From positions 310,001 through 374,000 of the forward strand of contig CBFDEM010000022.1 in assembly GCA_965603825.1 (NCBI GenBank): a DNA stretch of 64,000 nucleotides, in the 5' to 3' direction. The notes under the pieces were generated by a model, which saw nothing but the letters and a program-made list of their open reading frames with translations, was not told the origin of the DNA and made no database searches. Below, piece by piece: positions 11,985 through 24,334 of this stretch (the stretch's first letter is position 1; each line of letters begins with the position of its first letter). The position numbers were made by a program, and so were the translations under genes. This stretch comes from Blepharisma stoltei ATCC 30299. Lineage: Eukaryota > Protista > Ciliophora.

Positions 11985-12833
11985 ATGGCAGACCAAACTC
12001 TCTATTTTCTCATCAAGCCCTTATGCGCCAAACTTCTAAGAAATTCTGACACCTTAGATTCTACATCTTGCTATTGCGAGATTTCTATTGGCAGACAAGC
12101 CAGAGTCTCCAAAAATGCTGAAATTGCTTTAAAGTTTCCTTCATGGAACGATGAGCTTCCTTTTCTAATAAGAAGTGAAGACAAAATCTCTGTAAAAGTC
12201 TGGGACATCAAGCCTGATACCAGAAAAGTTATTTTTGGAGAAGCCACTATTTTAAGGGAGGATATTACTGATTTATATGAAAATTGGGTCATTCTCGCAA
12301 AAGGAAAAGAAAATGTTGGGGAAATGAAACTAAAAATAGAAATCTCACATGAATGTCCTGAGAAATATTCAAATTTAGAAGCGGAAGAATCCAAGCAGAC
12401 GCAAGAAATTCCAAGTCAGATGATAAATTATGGAACTCAGCAAGAAACGCAAATAGAGCATACGTACATTCGATCACAAGCTAGCTCTGATATAAAGCCA
12501 GTCTACTATCAGATGGCATCAGCTCCTCCACTTCCTTCTGAAGATTTTCATGAATTTGCGCCATCTCAGAATTACTCTTATTCAAGTTTATTAGATTTTG
12601 ATGCTCCTCAGCCTGTTTCCCAAACTTACAACCTGCCTCAACAGAAATTCAATCAAAATTCAGCTTTTCAATTTAATTCTCAAAGCAGTTATCCTACTCT
12701 TGGAGGAGTATCGCAAACTAATAGCCAAACTAGTTATCCAAATACTGGGTATAATACTCCTTATTTTCCTAATCAATCAAAATATCCATCACAATCAAGC
12801 AGCCAGACTAATCAACAATATCCAGGATTTTAA
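11985..12833 (+). CDS. C2-domain protein with Q/S/Y/P-rich tail
   Basis: N-terminal C2-like (YCEISIG, P.WNDEL.F, VKVWD, GEATI, VGEMKLKI). Confidence 0.75.
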   Translation: MADQTLYFLIKPLCAKLLRNSDTLDSTSCYCEISIGRQARVSKNAEIALKFPSWNDELPFLIRSEDKISVKVWDIKPDTRKVIFGEATILREDITDLYENWVILAKGKENVGEMKLKIEISHECPEKYSNLEAEESKQTQEIPSQMINYGTQQETQIEHTYIRSQASSDIKPVYYQMASAPPLPSEDFHEFAPSQNYSYSSLLDFDAPQPVSQTYNLPQQKFNQNSAFQFNSQSSYPTLGGVSQTNSQTSYPNTGYNTPYFPNQSKYPSQSSSQTNQQYPGF

Positions 12834-13005
12834 AATTTGGTGATAAACATAATTTTAAATATATGATCTAAATGAGATGCATTAACTATATTAAACATTT
12901 TGTATAAAATATTGAATTTCAGCCAAAAATGTACTGTATCTGCATTATTAAGAAATATCTGCAATCTTAATGCACATTTTAGACTATGAAACAATAAATT
13001 TTAAA

Positions 13006-14505
13006 ATGAGCGAAAAACCTCCATCAGCAAAGAAAAAGACTACCAAGAAAACAAAAGAAAAAAAATCAAGAAGCTCAAGCCCGACGTCAGAAAAATCGAA
13101 AAGTTCTCCAAGGACTTCAAATATCCCTACAAGCCCTGTGAATTCCCCAAAACGAGCAGAAACAATTCCAGAAGAACCAGTTATTCTTAATATTTGCAAA
13201 ACCCATAGCAAAGAATTTAAATTTTTTTCGGAAACTAAAGAAGAACTTGCATGCGAAGATTGTGGGAAAATTCCTGGTCAATCAATAATTCCTATTGATC
13301 AAGCTCATAGATTTCGTATAGCAACCGCCTACGATTTATTAAATTCCCATTTATTCCAAAAACGCGAACTACTTAAAGCCCAAGCAATGAAAATCCAAAT
13401 GAGAATGGACGAAATAAAGCGCTTCAAAAATTACATTGAGCAAGACATGAAACGAGAATTTGTTGCTATGAACGAAAGGCTAAATTCCTCTTATGGGTCA
13501 AAAATGGCTGTATTAGACCACGATTTAGGCGAAGTCCAGAGCGATTTAGATAGAATCAACACTATTGTCGGAATGGTAGAAAATTCTAATCAAAATATTA
13601 TAGGATTTTTGCAAAAAGCACCTGAACTTAGGTATGCTCTAGATATTTCAGTTTCTAAGCCATTTAGAACAGAAGTTGATGTATACGCAGAAAACCTTCC
13701 TCAGGAGTTACCAAGGATCAGAGAAATTACAATAAAACATGATGCATTATTATCGTTATTGAAAATAAAAGATGAAATGATATGGAATCTCACGCATGAA
13801 AAAAATTCAAAATTGGAAAAATCAATAGAGGAAGAGTTAGCCGAATGAGTAAAATTAACCGATAAATTTTCATCAGAATTGGATAAATTCAAATTAGCAT
13901 GTGAATTTTGTGGAAATCCTTTAAATGAAAATACTATTAATTCAAACTGTGAAAAAAGTCAAAGACATCATTTCGTGAAGATAAAAGATATAGAAATTCC
14001 TGAAGAGCCTGTCCAAGACACGTTAAGAAATATAGATGAACTAGGAACCATAAGACAAATAAATCAAGCTTGCAGAGATAGAGGATTGTTTTTGGAAAAT
14101 ATTTTTAGAACCTATGACTCAGCCAGCTCAGGGCTAGTTTCTCAAACTGAATTTTATCAAATTTTATCAAACCAGTTCGGACTTTCAGGTGCCCAAATTA
14201 ATTATTTTGCTAAAAAATATGACCCTAACACCTCAGGAAAAGTAAAATATCAGTTACTGTTAAGGGATTTATTATATGATGGTTCTCCACTTCATTCTAA
14301 GCTTCATAGTCATGCTTTACAACTTTTTGAAGCTTTTAAAAAGCAAGATATCTATTCGGAAGGTTCAGTTAAGCAAGAAACATTTAAAGATATTTTAAGA
14401 TCGCAAGGATTTGATGGAGAGGAAATAAAGCAGGCTTTATCATTCGCAGATATCAATTCTAAAGGGCAAGTTCAATACCAAAATCTCTATAATCGCTTTA
14501 AATAA
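13006..14505 (+). CDS. B-box-like/coiled-coil protein with C-terminal EF-hands
   Basis: C..H....F......AC..C, coiled coil, EW(TGA)VKLTDKF read-through, EF-hand-like loops (YDSASSGLVSQTEF, ADINSKGQVQY). Confidence 0.75.
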
Positions 14506-14647
14506 GAATTTTTAATTTGAGGTTAGTAAAAATTATATGATTTTCATAGAAATGCTAATAGCAATAAAATAAATTGCTAAATAAGTGCATTAATTGCGAA
14601 ACTTATTGTAACTTAAAACTAAGAAAAGATTTTTTATAAAAAATTAA

Positions 14648-16090
14648 ATGGGAGATACCTGCTCAAAACAAAGAAAAGCAATCATAAAAATAGTCCACAA
14701 TACCTTTGATGTCTCTCAATTGAGCTCTGGAATTCTATTAAATTTCAATAAAAAGGCTCTGAACCAGCAAGAAATAAATGATGCAATTTTATCATATGAG
14801 TCCCGGCTAACGAAAGACTCTGAAGACCCTTTAGCTAATTTAAACATGGGAATTTGCTTATATGTGCAAGGATTTTTAGAAGCTGCTGAAAATCATATAT
14901 TAAAATCAATGAAAAATTCAGCAGAGTATAGGGGATGCTTTGTACTGGGATTAATTGCTCAGCAAAAATCCAACTATGAAGAGTCAATTAATTTCTTTGA
15001 AAGAGCAATTTCTTTGCATACTTTATTTGTTCCAGCTCTATGGAAAATTGCTGAAGTGCACTTGAAAATAAATAAAATAAAACCAGCAAAAAAATATGTA
15101 AAAAGAGCTATAGACCAGGAGCCAGAAAATCCTGATGCTTTAAATATTTTAGGCTTAGCCTATTTGCAAAGTGCAAAGCTATCAAAAGCATTGCAAATAT
15201 TGAATAAAGCCTATGAAATACTCCCAGATTCCTCCAAAATCAATACAAACTTAGGCCATACATATAAAGCCCAAGAAAACTTAAAAAATGCTATAAAACA
15301 CTACGAGCTTTCAGCAAATAACTCTAAAGGTGTTCAACAAGGGATAGCTTATATAGACTTAGCTTCAGCTTATTTCGAATATGGAGATATTGGCCAATCT
15401 TTAAACTATTTCAAAGAAGCTGTAGAATTCGGCCCTCAGGTGCTTTATATAATAAAAAACAAAGGATTTGACCTTATGTTGTCAAAAGTAGATATTTTAA
15501 GAGGAGTCCAAGAAATTTTAAATCGCGACTATGATGATGCGATTAAAAGGCTGAAATATATTTATGCGAAAAATAAAAGCAATTTAATATCTGCTTATTT
15601 GATGGGGTTAGCTTATGCAAATTTAGGAAATGCAGAAAAAGCACAGAAATATTATAAAGAAGTATTAAAATATGGAAATACAGGAATTAACTCAAAAAAA
15701 CAATTCGCAAAAACCTTGGTATCCAAAGCTAATAAAGCATTAATGAAAATCAAAGAACTTAAAAGTGAAGAAAATTCATTCGAAGACCTTGAATTCGAAG
15801 GTGCTACAGACTTCCCTGAGGGGTCACCAAACCAAATCCCTTATGCATTAGATATCTCTAAATCTGGTGCTATTAGTAGAAATAACAGTAATCCTCAAAC
15901 TCCTAAAAGAAGCAATACGCCAATAAAAGAATTTAATGAAAATCCAGGCGAGCAAGCAGCATCAGTTGATATATCTGAGCTTATAAAACAAAGCCCAAGG
16001 TATCCTTTATTTACTTCAGCGGTCAAGCCTTCTCTAAAACAATTTGCAGCAAGTGCTGATCCTAAGCCAGAAAATTGTGATATTTTCTAA
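14648..16090 (+). CDS. TPR-repeat protein
   Basis: Multiple TPR consensus helices (LG..Y...A..Y..A...P); MG..CS N-terminus; C-terminal CDIF. Confidence 0.85.
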   Translation: MGDTCSKQRKAIIKIVHNTFDVSQLSSGILLNFNKKALNQQEINDAILSYESRLTKDSEDPLANLNMGICLYVQGFLEAAENHILKSMKNSAEYRGCFVLGLIAQQKSNYEESINFFERAISLHTLFVPALWKIAEVHLKINKIKPAKKYVKRAIDQEPENPDALNILGLAYLQSAKLSKALQILNKAYEILPDSSKINTNLGHTYKAQENLKNAIKHYELSANNSKGVQQGIAYIDLASAYFEYGDIGQSLNYFKEAVEFGPQVLYIIKNKGFDLMLSKVDILRGVQEILNRDYDDAIKRLKYIYAKNKSNLISAYLMGLAYANLGNAEKAQKYYKEVLKYGNTGINSKKQFAKTLVSKANKALMKIKELKSEENSFEDLEFEGATDFPEGSPNQIPYALDISKSGAISRNNSNPQTPKRSNTPIKEFNENPGEQAASVDISELIKQSPRYPLFTSAVKPSLKQFAASADPKPENCDIF

Positions 16091-16300
16091 TTATAAATAT
16101 AAATTATAATATAAATGATTTTTTTAAAGGGCATGCTTAAACACAAATAAAATTTACAAATACACAAAACGAAGAATAGCTGTGTTTGAGAAATCTATGT
16201 ATCAGTTAAACTTTTAGAATTTATTAAGTTTCTATATCAATCTAAAAGGAATTTATAATTTTATAATAAAAAGCTTTAAAATAATAATAAATAGTAAACA

Positions 16301-17764
16301 TTAAATTTTAGGCAAAGATATGCTTGAATTAGCTCGAGAAGTAGCTGAGGTTTGGTTATCAAGGATTATTTTCGCTTTTTGCTTCAGGTCAGTAAGAGGA
16401 AGCGGAACTTTTATATCTTCAATACCATCTACATTATCTTTAATTTCAAGATTTGAGATATTTATAGACTGGGTATCAAATTCCTTTGGATTGAGAAGAT
16501 CTAAATAAGGATATTTTGCATCAGATGTAAAGATTAGAATATAAGGAAAACACGACTCTATCTGGCCCAGCATTAAAGATGCAGAATCTTCAGTTAAATT
16601 TGTGATTTCTGAGATATTGATATTTGGCTTTAATTGATATGGAATATTTAAGCTCTCAAATAAAGCAATAATTTTCTATATAACTCTTACCTTCAAAACA
16701 GGAAGCAAAGAATCTAACAAATTTTGAATTTCTTCATATTCATTTATTTTAACTCTTGATTTTTCATTCAAGTTTTCTAATTTATTTTTGATTTTAATTG
16801 AGATTTCACTGTCGTTTTTGTCGCTTATTTCTTTTGAATCCTCAAATGATTTTATTCTTTTAGTAGTTCGCTTTAAAGAATCTTCTAATGCATCAATTTC
16901 AGCATTCAAATCATTTACATATTTATAAACCTCATAATTTTGTTCTTCACTCTTAATAAAAGAAGTTACCATATCTTCAAAGCTCTCAATTCCAGTGGCT
17001 TCTGTTATTTGATGGAAATGAAATTGAAGTGTTTTTATATGTTTTTTGTAGTCTTCATAGGCTTTTGTCTGAGTTTTTATAGCTTTTCTTCATTTGGATA
17101 ATAAAACTGATAGAATTTTGGTTAAATTAATGACTTCTAAAGGTTTTAAAGCTTGATATTTAAAAAAAGAATCCAGCTCTTGAAATGACTTATTTTGAGA
17201 TTGTTGGCTATCTTTAATAAAACTCATAAGACTACTTACTCTATCACTATAAGCATTTCTTTGGTGAGCGCTTTTACTTCGTAAAACTCCTAATTGTCTG
17301 TGATGTTTTTGCACTTGTTCCGCACTTTTCTCATATTCACTGAACAGTTTTTCTGATTCATCTGCATATTTTTTTATTTCTTCTGACATGCTCTCAATAT
17401 TTTTTTGACAAGCTTGAAGATCCATTCTATAAAATTCAATTTTGTCTCTGACTTCTTTATTTGAAATACATTCATTGTTTAATTTGTCAATTTCTAAGTT
17501 TAATTGTTTTTCATAAAAGTTTAATTGCCGCTCAAGTGACTTATCATTGCTTATTTGTGGCAACTTTATACGATTTTTGGTTTGTGTAAGCTCTGATTCA
17601 ATAGCTTTTATTTGCTCATCTAGATATGCAGATTCACGCTTTTCTGCTTCAAATTTTCTGATAGTTAAATCGACTTCTCTTTGAATACGTTCAACTTCTG
17701 GTTCTCGAAGTGAGGTGCTGCTTCTAGAAACGTTGGTTGGGACTTTGGATCGATTAGAAAGCAT
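16301..17764 (-). CDS. Outer dynein arm docking complex subunit-like (CCDC63/CCDC114/ODA-DC2 family); 15-nt intron 16676-16690
   Basis: Long coiled coil with FIKSEEQNYEVYKYVNDLNAEIDALE; three ORFs joined by TGA read-through and one intron. Confidence 0.7.
16676..16690 (-). other. 15-nt spliceosomal intron
   Basis: GTAAGAGTTATATAG on the minus strand. Confidence 0.8.
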
Positions 17765-18720
17765 TTAATTTTAATTATGGAATCCATATACGAATTTTCT
17801 ATTAGAAACAAATTTTATCCCTGGGAATAAGGTTAAATAATTTGTGGACTGGTCAAAATTTGAGTTTAGTTGAAATAAAGCAAGATCAATTAGCAAAGAT
17901 TATTTATATGATAAAATTTAGTTATAATACTTCTCTTTTTGATAGTCGATTTATTTAAAGAATCAAAAATGCTACGTGCGTCGATTGTGGATATAAAAAG
18001 ATGACATTTTAATAATTGCCTTATTTAAAAATACTTGCTAAATAGCTTTTAAGAAAAAATTATTATTGCAAAGTATTCATTCAAATCCTAAATTATTTAT
18101 CAAAGTAATTTGAATGCCTGAACTAATTTTCTCAAACTGCAGACTTAAATTGTAAAAGAAAATATTATAGAAAAAATAGATTAAATTAATTTTAAACACA
18201 CTAATTATTACTATCTTGACCGTAATATTAGTTTAGTTAGTTAAGAATAATTATTGCATAAAAACTTTCTATGGTTAAAATACAATTATAAGGTCTGAGC
18301 TTAAAATATATTTAACAAATATCACTCAAGTAAATTAATATTTCAAAAATACTGTAATTTTTGCTTAGCCTGTTCCATGCTTAAAATAGGGTAATTCCTA
18401 ATGCAGGATATTGTAAAATGGAAATGTATGCCAAAAAAGTTTCATCTAAAATTAAGATTAAATGTGGTTTTTTAATAATTCTCTTCTGTTTCTATAATAG
18501 ATATAAGAAATAAAAATCCCTGCTGACTAATTAGCCAATATTCTATTTTTATAGTCACAGAATAACTTCTAAACATTACTGAAATAGACTATAAAATAGA
18601 TGCTTATAATACTTTGATAGAATAATTTTTCAATTATTCTTTATTTTTTAAGTTTTATATCAAATTTAAAAGCATGTTATTAAATTAGAAACTGCTATAT
18701 AAATAATTATGCAATTTTTT

Positions 18721-19110
18721 CTAATGCTTATTTGATAGGCAATTAAGAGCATCCTCAATATTGCAAAATCTTTTTGCTGCTTGCTGAGCTATAATTGGGG
18801 AATAGCCCATACTCACTAATTGTTCTTTAAGATTAGCTTTATCAATGCTATTGATTGATCTTTGCTGAGAATTTGCTTTAGTATATATTGGCCCTCTTGG
18901 AGCTTGATTTTGGGCTGGCTTTTGATTATAATTAGGGGTAGATGGAATAACAGAGATAGGTGGAGGGGAAGTTAAATCTAGAGCGACTTGAATTTTAGCA
19001 TCATATTGCATTAATTGTGAAGCCATATAATTTGCTGTTTCTACGTTTCCCTGGTTTAAAGCATCTTCGAATGCTTGGCAAGCCTCATTTACCCATTCTA
19101 CATATTCCAT
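18721..19110 (-). CDS. Small protein with C-terminal UBA domain
   Basis: EQLVSMGYS...A..A......IEDALN.L; likely start MEYVEW. Confidence 0.7.
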   Translation of the reverse strand: MEYVEWVNEACQAFEDALNQGNVETANYMASQLMQYDAKIQVALDLTSPPPISVIPSTPNYNQKPAQNQAPRGPIYTKANSQQRSINSIDKANLKEQLVSMGYSPIIAQQAAKRFCNIEDALNCLSNKH

Positions 19111-19609
19111 TTTAATTATTACTAAAAACATGCAATTAATATTTGACTTTATAAAAGTCTTCCTGATCCTCTGATCTCCAATTACCCTATTTTCATCATT
19201 CCTTTCAGTATCTATTATATATAATTAATAATTTAGGCCTCAAAAGTAAGCCCATTACTTTCATAGAGTGAAAACAATTGTTGTTGTAACTTAAGAAATT
19301 ATCTTACTTCTTAATTTCTATAAAAAATTTCCTGTGATTTATAAATATTAGCACATCAATTTAAGGGAGCATAAATTATTTATTAATCTGAAACTAGATA
19401 TAATTATCTTCATTGCTGATTTTCACTATTAGCAGGCTTTATATTCTACCTCTTTTTAATTTCGAGATTCATATGAGTATGGTGTTGTCAGTATAGCTTA
19501 TTGTTTTGTCAATTTATTTCTGATCATAAAATAAGTTTTTGAACAATTTACCTATAGAGATTATCCTTTTTACCAGCTGCTATATAATAAAATAAAATAA
19601 TCATTAAAT

Positions 19610-21295
19610 ATGAATGTTTCGCCCATAAGAGCTGTACAACTAACATTAAGAGAGTCTGAAACAATTATTTTTGTAATCAATAATTAGCTTGAACAAGTTA
19701 GTGCATGGACTTTCGGTGAAGGCAAAGTAAGAGACTGCTTTCTTACACTCATTTCTAATATTGAAGCTCAGCATGAAATAGCGTAATTTTAATTCAGAAT
19801 TTTTCTCTACAAGAGACATAGATTATTTTCAATAAATTCTAAAGTCACACTTATGGTGGTTTTGCCTTTAACAAAAGAGTTTAAAATCGAGCCAAGAGAA
19901 GGAGGCTTTGCTTTTTGCTGGCTTGGAGATATGGACACAAAGTCTGAAATTAAAGGAAATGAATTAGAAATTTTAGAGCTGATTAATAAGCATATAGAAA
20001 ATGTAAGCAGATATCAACGAGCTCCGTTTTCGTCAGACTCAAACTCATTTAAATGAATTTGGTATTACCAAGAAGCTATCCCAATGAAAGTAAAAACATG
20101 TGACGTTAACATCCAGCGAGATTTTAAACACCGAAATACTGTGATGCTATTGCCTGAGCATCATGGAGGAAGAGCTATGGAAACCTATATTAGTGAACAG
20201 CTCGTCAAAAGGGAAAGTGAGTTTACTGAAAAAAGAGAAATAAAGCTTATGGTAGGAACATGAAATACTTGTGGAACAGGTCCAGCTGAAGAACTTAGCT
20301 TATGGTACAGATGCCAAAATGATGAATATGATATGTCTATTGAAGCTCCTGATTTAATTTTATTGTCTTTACAAGAAATGTGTAAATTAAATGCGAAAAA
20401 TATTTCTGGGGATGAAAATCGGAAAAGAGAATGATGCATTCATTTGTGTGAGCAAGCAAATGTAGCTTTCCCTGGAAATGAGTATATATTAGCAGCTGAA
20501 CAAGATTTAGTAGGACTACTGACCTTGGTTTTAGTTAAGCGCAGTTTATTTGAAAATTTGAAAAATATTGTTTGCTCAGTTGTGAAGCTTGGGTTCAAAG
20601 GATATTTAGGAAACAAAGGCGGCGTTTCTTTTAGATTTGATATTTTTGACTCTTCAGTTTGCTATGTGAATTGCCATCTAGCCCCCCATAAAGGAGAAAC
20701 GAGATTGAGAAATAAACACGTGAAATTGTTGACGAAATTAACGAAGTTTTTAGTTACGGCGAAAAAAACAAAAAATATGTATGAGCACGATTTTATTTTT
20801 TGGAGTGGGGATTTGAATTATAGAATAAATACTCTTGATTTTAATCAAATTGTTGAAAAAGTGACAGGGAAGGAATATCAATTTTTATTGGAAAGATTTG
20901 ATCAGCTTAAAATTGAATCGAGAAAAAACCATATTCTAGAGGACTTCAATGAAGCTGAAATAAGGTTTCCTCCTACTTATAAATATGTAAAGAATTCGAT
21001 TGAGCTGAGCTATAAGTAAGATTTATTTAGCCAAAAGCGAGATCCTGGGTGATGTGATAGAATTCTGTGAAAGGGGAACGCCATTTGCCATCGGTATGGT
21101 TCTTGCCCTTACCAGCTGCAAAGTGATCACAAGCCTGTATTTGGGTCCTTCACTCTGCCAGTCAAAATATCTAATGCTCATTTAAAAGAAAAAATTGAAA
21201 AAGAAATAAGAATTACAATAAATGAAACATTTTTGTCAAATAAACCAACACTACGAAAAATCGACCAAGAACCCTTATTTGACCACGCAGAATAA
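19610..21295 (+). CDS. Inositol polyphosphate 5-phosphatase (INPP5B/OCRL-like); 15-nt introns 19673-19687, 19783-19797, 21016-21030
   Basis: VGTW(TGA)N, LQE, GNKGGV, VNCHLA, FWSGDLNYRI, FPPTYKY, PGW(TGA)CDRILW(TGA), SDHKPV; TAA at 21293-21295. Confidence 0.92.
21016..21030 (+). other. 15-nt spliceosomal intron
   Basis: GTAAGATTTATTTAG; removal joins FPPTYKY to the P.WCDRILW motif. Confidence 0.9.
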
Positions 21296-21846
21296 TTGGT
21301 AATAGAATACCAAAATTAGGCTAGATTGAGCGTATTAGAGCTTGATTTATTAAATCAAGCTCACAATAAATTAGCTAGAAATATGAAATAATGTTTTTAT
21401 TTGATATATATTTTATAAATATCTGTAGAAAAGCTTTCTCTTATTGGCTTCCAATATAAATATATTTTAGTTCTTATTCATCGATTATATCAAATAAAAT
21501 ATTAAAAAGCTTTCCAAAGTAGCAATATAAGATGCCTTGTCGCTCTATTTGTATTTTTGTAATAAAGTTCCATTTGCAATGGAGAAAAAATTATAAAAAA
21601 ATATATTAACAAAAGATAAAATTTTGCTGAAGGTAAACAAAACAAATAAGCTCCTAGCTTTAAAATCCATAATAAATTTTTCCTTTCATTTTTTTTTTAA
21701 TTTTTATTTGTCCACTTTTTAAACGTTAAATTAGTTATTATGCTATATAAAATCTTGTTAATCCTCTTTAATCTCCCAATTATTTCATTAATTTCATCAG
21801 TACCCCAGCCACTATTTATGTATCGTAAATTCATATTCAATGTAAA

Positions 21847-22800
21847 ATGAGAGGAACTCGTAGGTGGTCAGTAACCCAAGATCTAAATTCTGCTCAATTC
21901 ATATTCAACTTGATGCAGAATTTCCCCAAAACAACAATGGTAATGGACGTGCGATCTCCAGCAGAATTCAATCACATGAGACTTCACAATTCCCTCAATA
22001 TCCCTTACTGTGATCAATACAGTGATTCTCCATCAATGCAAGATCTGAGACAGCACGCAATAGGAGATTTAAAATTATTTGATAATAGAAGACGGCTTCT
22101 TATTATTATCGTATTCAGCCCTCCTGGTATTGTATTCGCGAGAGAAGTCGCTTATATCTTATGAAAAGATAAATGCAAAGAAGTCCATGTACTTGAAGAG
22201 GAATTCGGCCATTTTGCTCAAAAGTACCCGTTTTTGTGCTTAGGGGACGGATTCCCAACATATAAATTGCCAGCCTTTGGATACCCTAGTGAAATTATTC
22301 CTTTTCAGTTATATTTAGGTGATTATCACCATGCAGAAGACCCATTGGTCGTGGAATGCTTAAAAATCACACACATTCTAAATGCAACGAACTGCTTTGA
22401 AGCAAGATTTATGTCAAAAGGGGTTGTTTACCTCAGACTAGGAGTTGAAGATTTAGCAACTGAGGATATTTCTAAGCATTTTCAGCTGGCTTACAATTTT
22501 ATAAAAAATGCCTTAAAAGAGCCTAGAGGAAGAGTCCTAGTGCATTGTGCACAAGGGGTTAGCAGGTCATCTACATATGTAATAATGTATTTGATGAGAT
22601 CAAGGAAAATTAATTATGAAGCAGCATTAAATATTGTTAAACTGTATAGAGAAGTTGCATGCCCTAATGAAGGATTTGCAAAACAGTTGCAAAATTTGAT
22701 TTTTACTGATTATGATAGTGATAGCAGTAGTGAAAGCGATAGAAGCATTGCAAATGAGTATGAGAATGAGACTAATCAAGACAAAGTTATGATAGATTAA
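21847..22800 (+). CDS. Dual-specificity phosphatase with N-terminal rhodanese domain (MKP-like)
   Basis: DVRSPAEFNHMRL rhodanese; VHCAQGVSRS catalytic loop; PNEGF..QL; one TGA read-through. Confidence 0.9.
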
Positions 22801-23043
22801 GAAATCAGTATATATAATCGATAAGTTTTAAACTTGAACTAGAATTAAGGGTTTATTTAACAAAATTAATCAGCATAAGTTAATTAATTAAGAATTAATT
22901 GTAAATATTTTTAAAATTATGCTGTGTTCATTTATTTAAAATATCAATTAGAGAAATAGATGGCTATATTTTAGTAGAATGTCGTAAATTATTATATAGA
23001 TTTAAATACTTTAAGATGGGACTTAATTAGCATTTTGATTCTC

Positions 23044-23598
23044 TTAGGTGAGAGTCTCCGAAACCTCATTAATTTGTTTTCCAGCACACATTTTGCATAC
23101 CCTTACTCTTGTATCATATCCAAATTCAGGAATTGTTTCTCTTAGTTTTGAGTCTTTCTTACAAACTGCTTGCCCACATTTTCTGCAATGATGCTGCCTA
23201 GTCATAGCTGAGAATTTTCCATTGCAAACTTTACAGTTCAAAGCTCCCCTAGGGTCATCTCAGTTAGGCCTCTGTGCATGCTTAATTATCAGGCTTCAAG
23301 CTCTGAATTCCTGGACTGTCTCGCATTTTATTGTTCATTGTTGAGTTTTTCCTTTTTTATTTACCAAATAGCACTCAATTGAATTCGGTGAGCTATTTTC
23401 AGAAATAACTCTAAATTTATTGTTAAGGATGGTCGAGTTCTTTGGAGGAGTTCCTAACGATAACGAATAACATAATTTTCTATCAGAAAGTACCAGTCAT
23501 CTTCTTTTTTCTTTATTATGTGAAATGATCGTGACATATCCTTCTTTCTTTAAGCGATCTCGGTGAAATTCAGGATGTTTTGACTGTTTATGACCCAT
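23044..23598 (-). CDS. PH-FYVE domain protein
   Basis: MGHKQSK start; PH (KEGYV...KRRW(TGA)LVL...W); FYVE W(TGA)DD....NCKVC...RQHHCRKCG.AVC...RVCKMC; four in-frame TGA. Confidence 0.85.
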
Positions 23599-23686
23599 TT
23601 TTATTTTCAACTATAAGTCGAAATTAAAGTGATTATATTATTATGTGAGTGTTTAATTTAAAAACACCAATATGTGTAGGAAAATC

Positions 23687-24301
23687 CTAAAATTTTGGCT
23701 TAAATTTTTTCTGCTGATGCTGCATATTGAAACTTTTCACAGACTTTGGCAAAGAAGTCACAAGTCTTTTGTGTAATTCTTCTTTATTTTTTAAATAGTC
23801 TTCTTTGAGTCGGCTCATTAGCTCATCAGTCCTTTTCCCAATCGGGCTTTTAGGAATGTGATGAGAAAGCATGAGTTTTTTGTGTAATTGTTTTATGGAA
23901 ACATCTGGTGTTGTGGGTGTTGTGTCTTTTTCTTCGTCTTGAAACAGTAAGTTATATGATTTTAGTCTGTCAACGATAGAATTGTGCTTTCTTCGCTTGA
24001 AGACATTGCTGCTGCAGTTCCTTTCGTTTTGAAAAGTTTTTCTGAAGTAATCTAAATTAAGCAATAAAGATTTTCTGTGAGGACTTTCAAATTCTCCGCT
24101 AATTTGCATGGATGGTGAATGTGACTTTCTCTTAATTCTTGAGGTTATTTGTTTTATATTGGCGTTTTCCACTCTAGGAGACGGGGTGCTTGTTCGGAAT
24201 TCACGTTTAATTTTATAGTGTTTATTTGGAGAATGGGCATTGTCAGGTGACAAATGTCCAAATTCCATTTTATCATAATCATTATACCAGCCCAAGGGCA
24301 T
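23687..24301 (-). CDS. Hypothetical protein
   Basis: Intact 204-aa ORF with TAG stop and AT-rich flanks. Confidence 0.65.
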   Translation of the reverse strand: MPLGWYNDYDKMEFGHLSPDNAHSPNKHYKIKREFRTSTPSPRVENANIKQITSRIKRKSHSPSMQISGEFESPHRKSLLLNLDYFRKTFQNERNCSSNVFKRRKHNSIVDRLKSYNLLFQDEEKDTTPTTPDVSIKQLHKKLMLSHHIPKSPIGKRTDELMSRLKEDYLKNKEELHKRLVTSLPKSVKSFNMQHQQKKFKPKF

Positions 24302-24334
24302 ATTATGACAATTTTAAGAAATTTCTAAAACTTA

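Noticed and set aside
14223-14230. CCCTAACA, resembling a heterotrich telomere unit
   Set aside because: Single copy inside a CDS; no tandem array
17965-18000. NATCVDCG, ArfGAP-like peptide in intergenic DNA
   Set aside because: Closed by TAA within a few codons; likely chance
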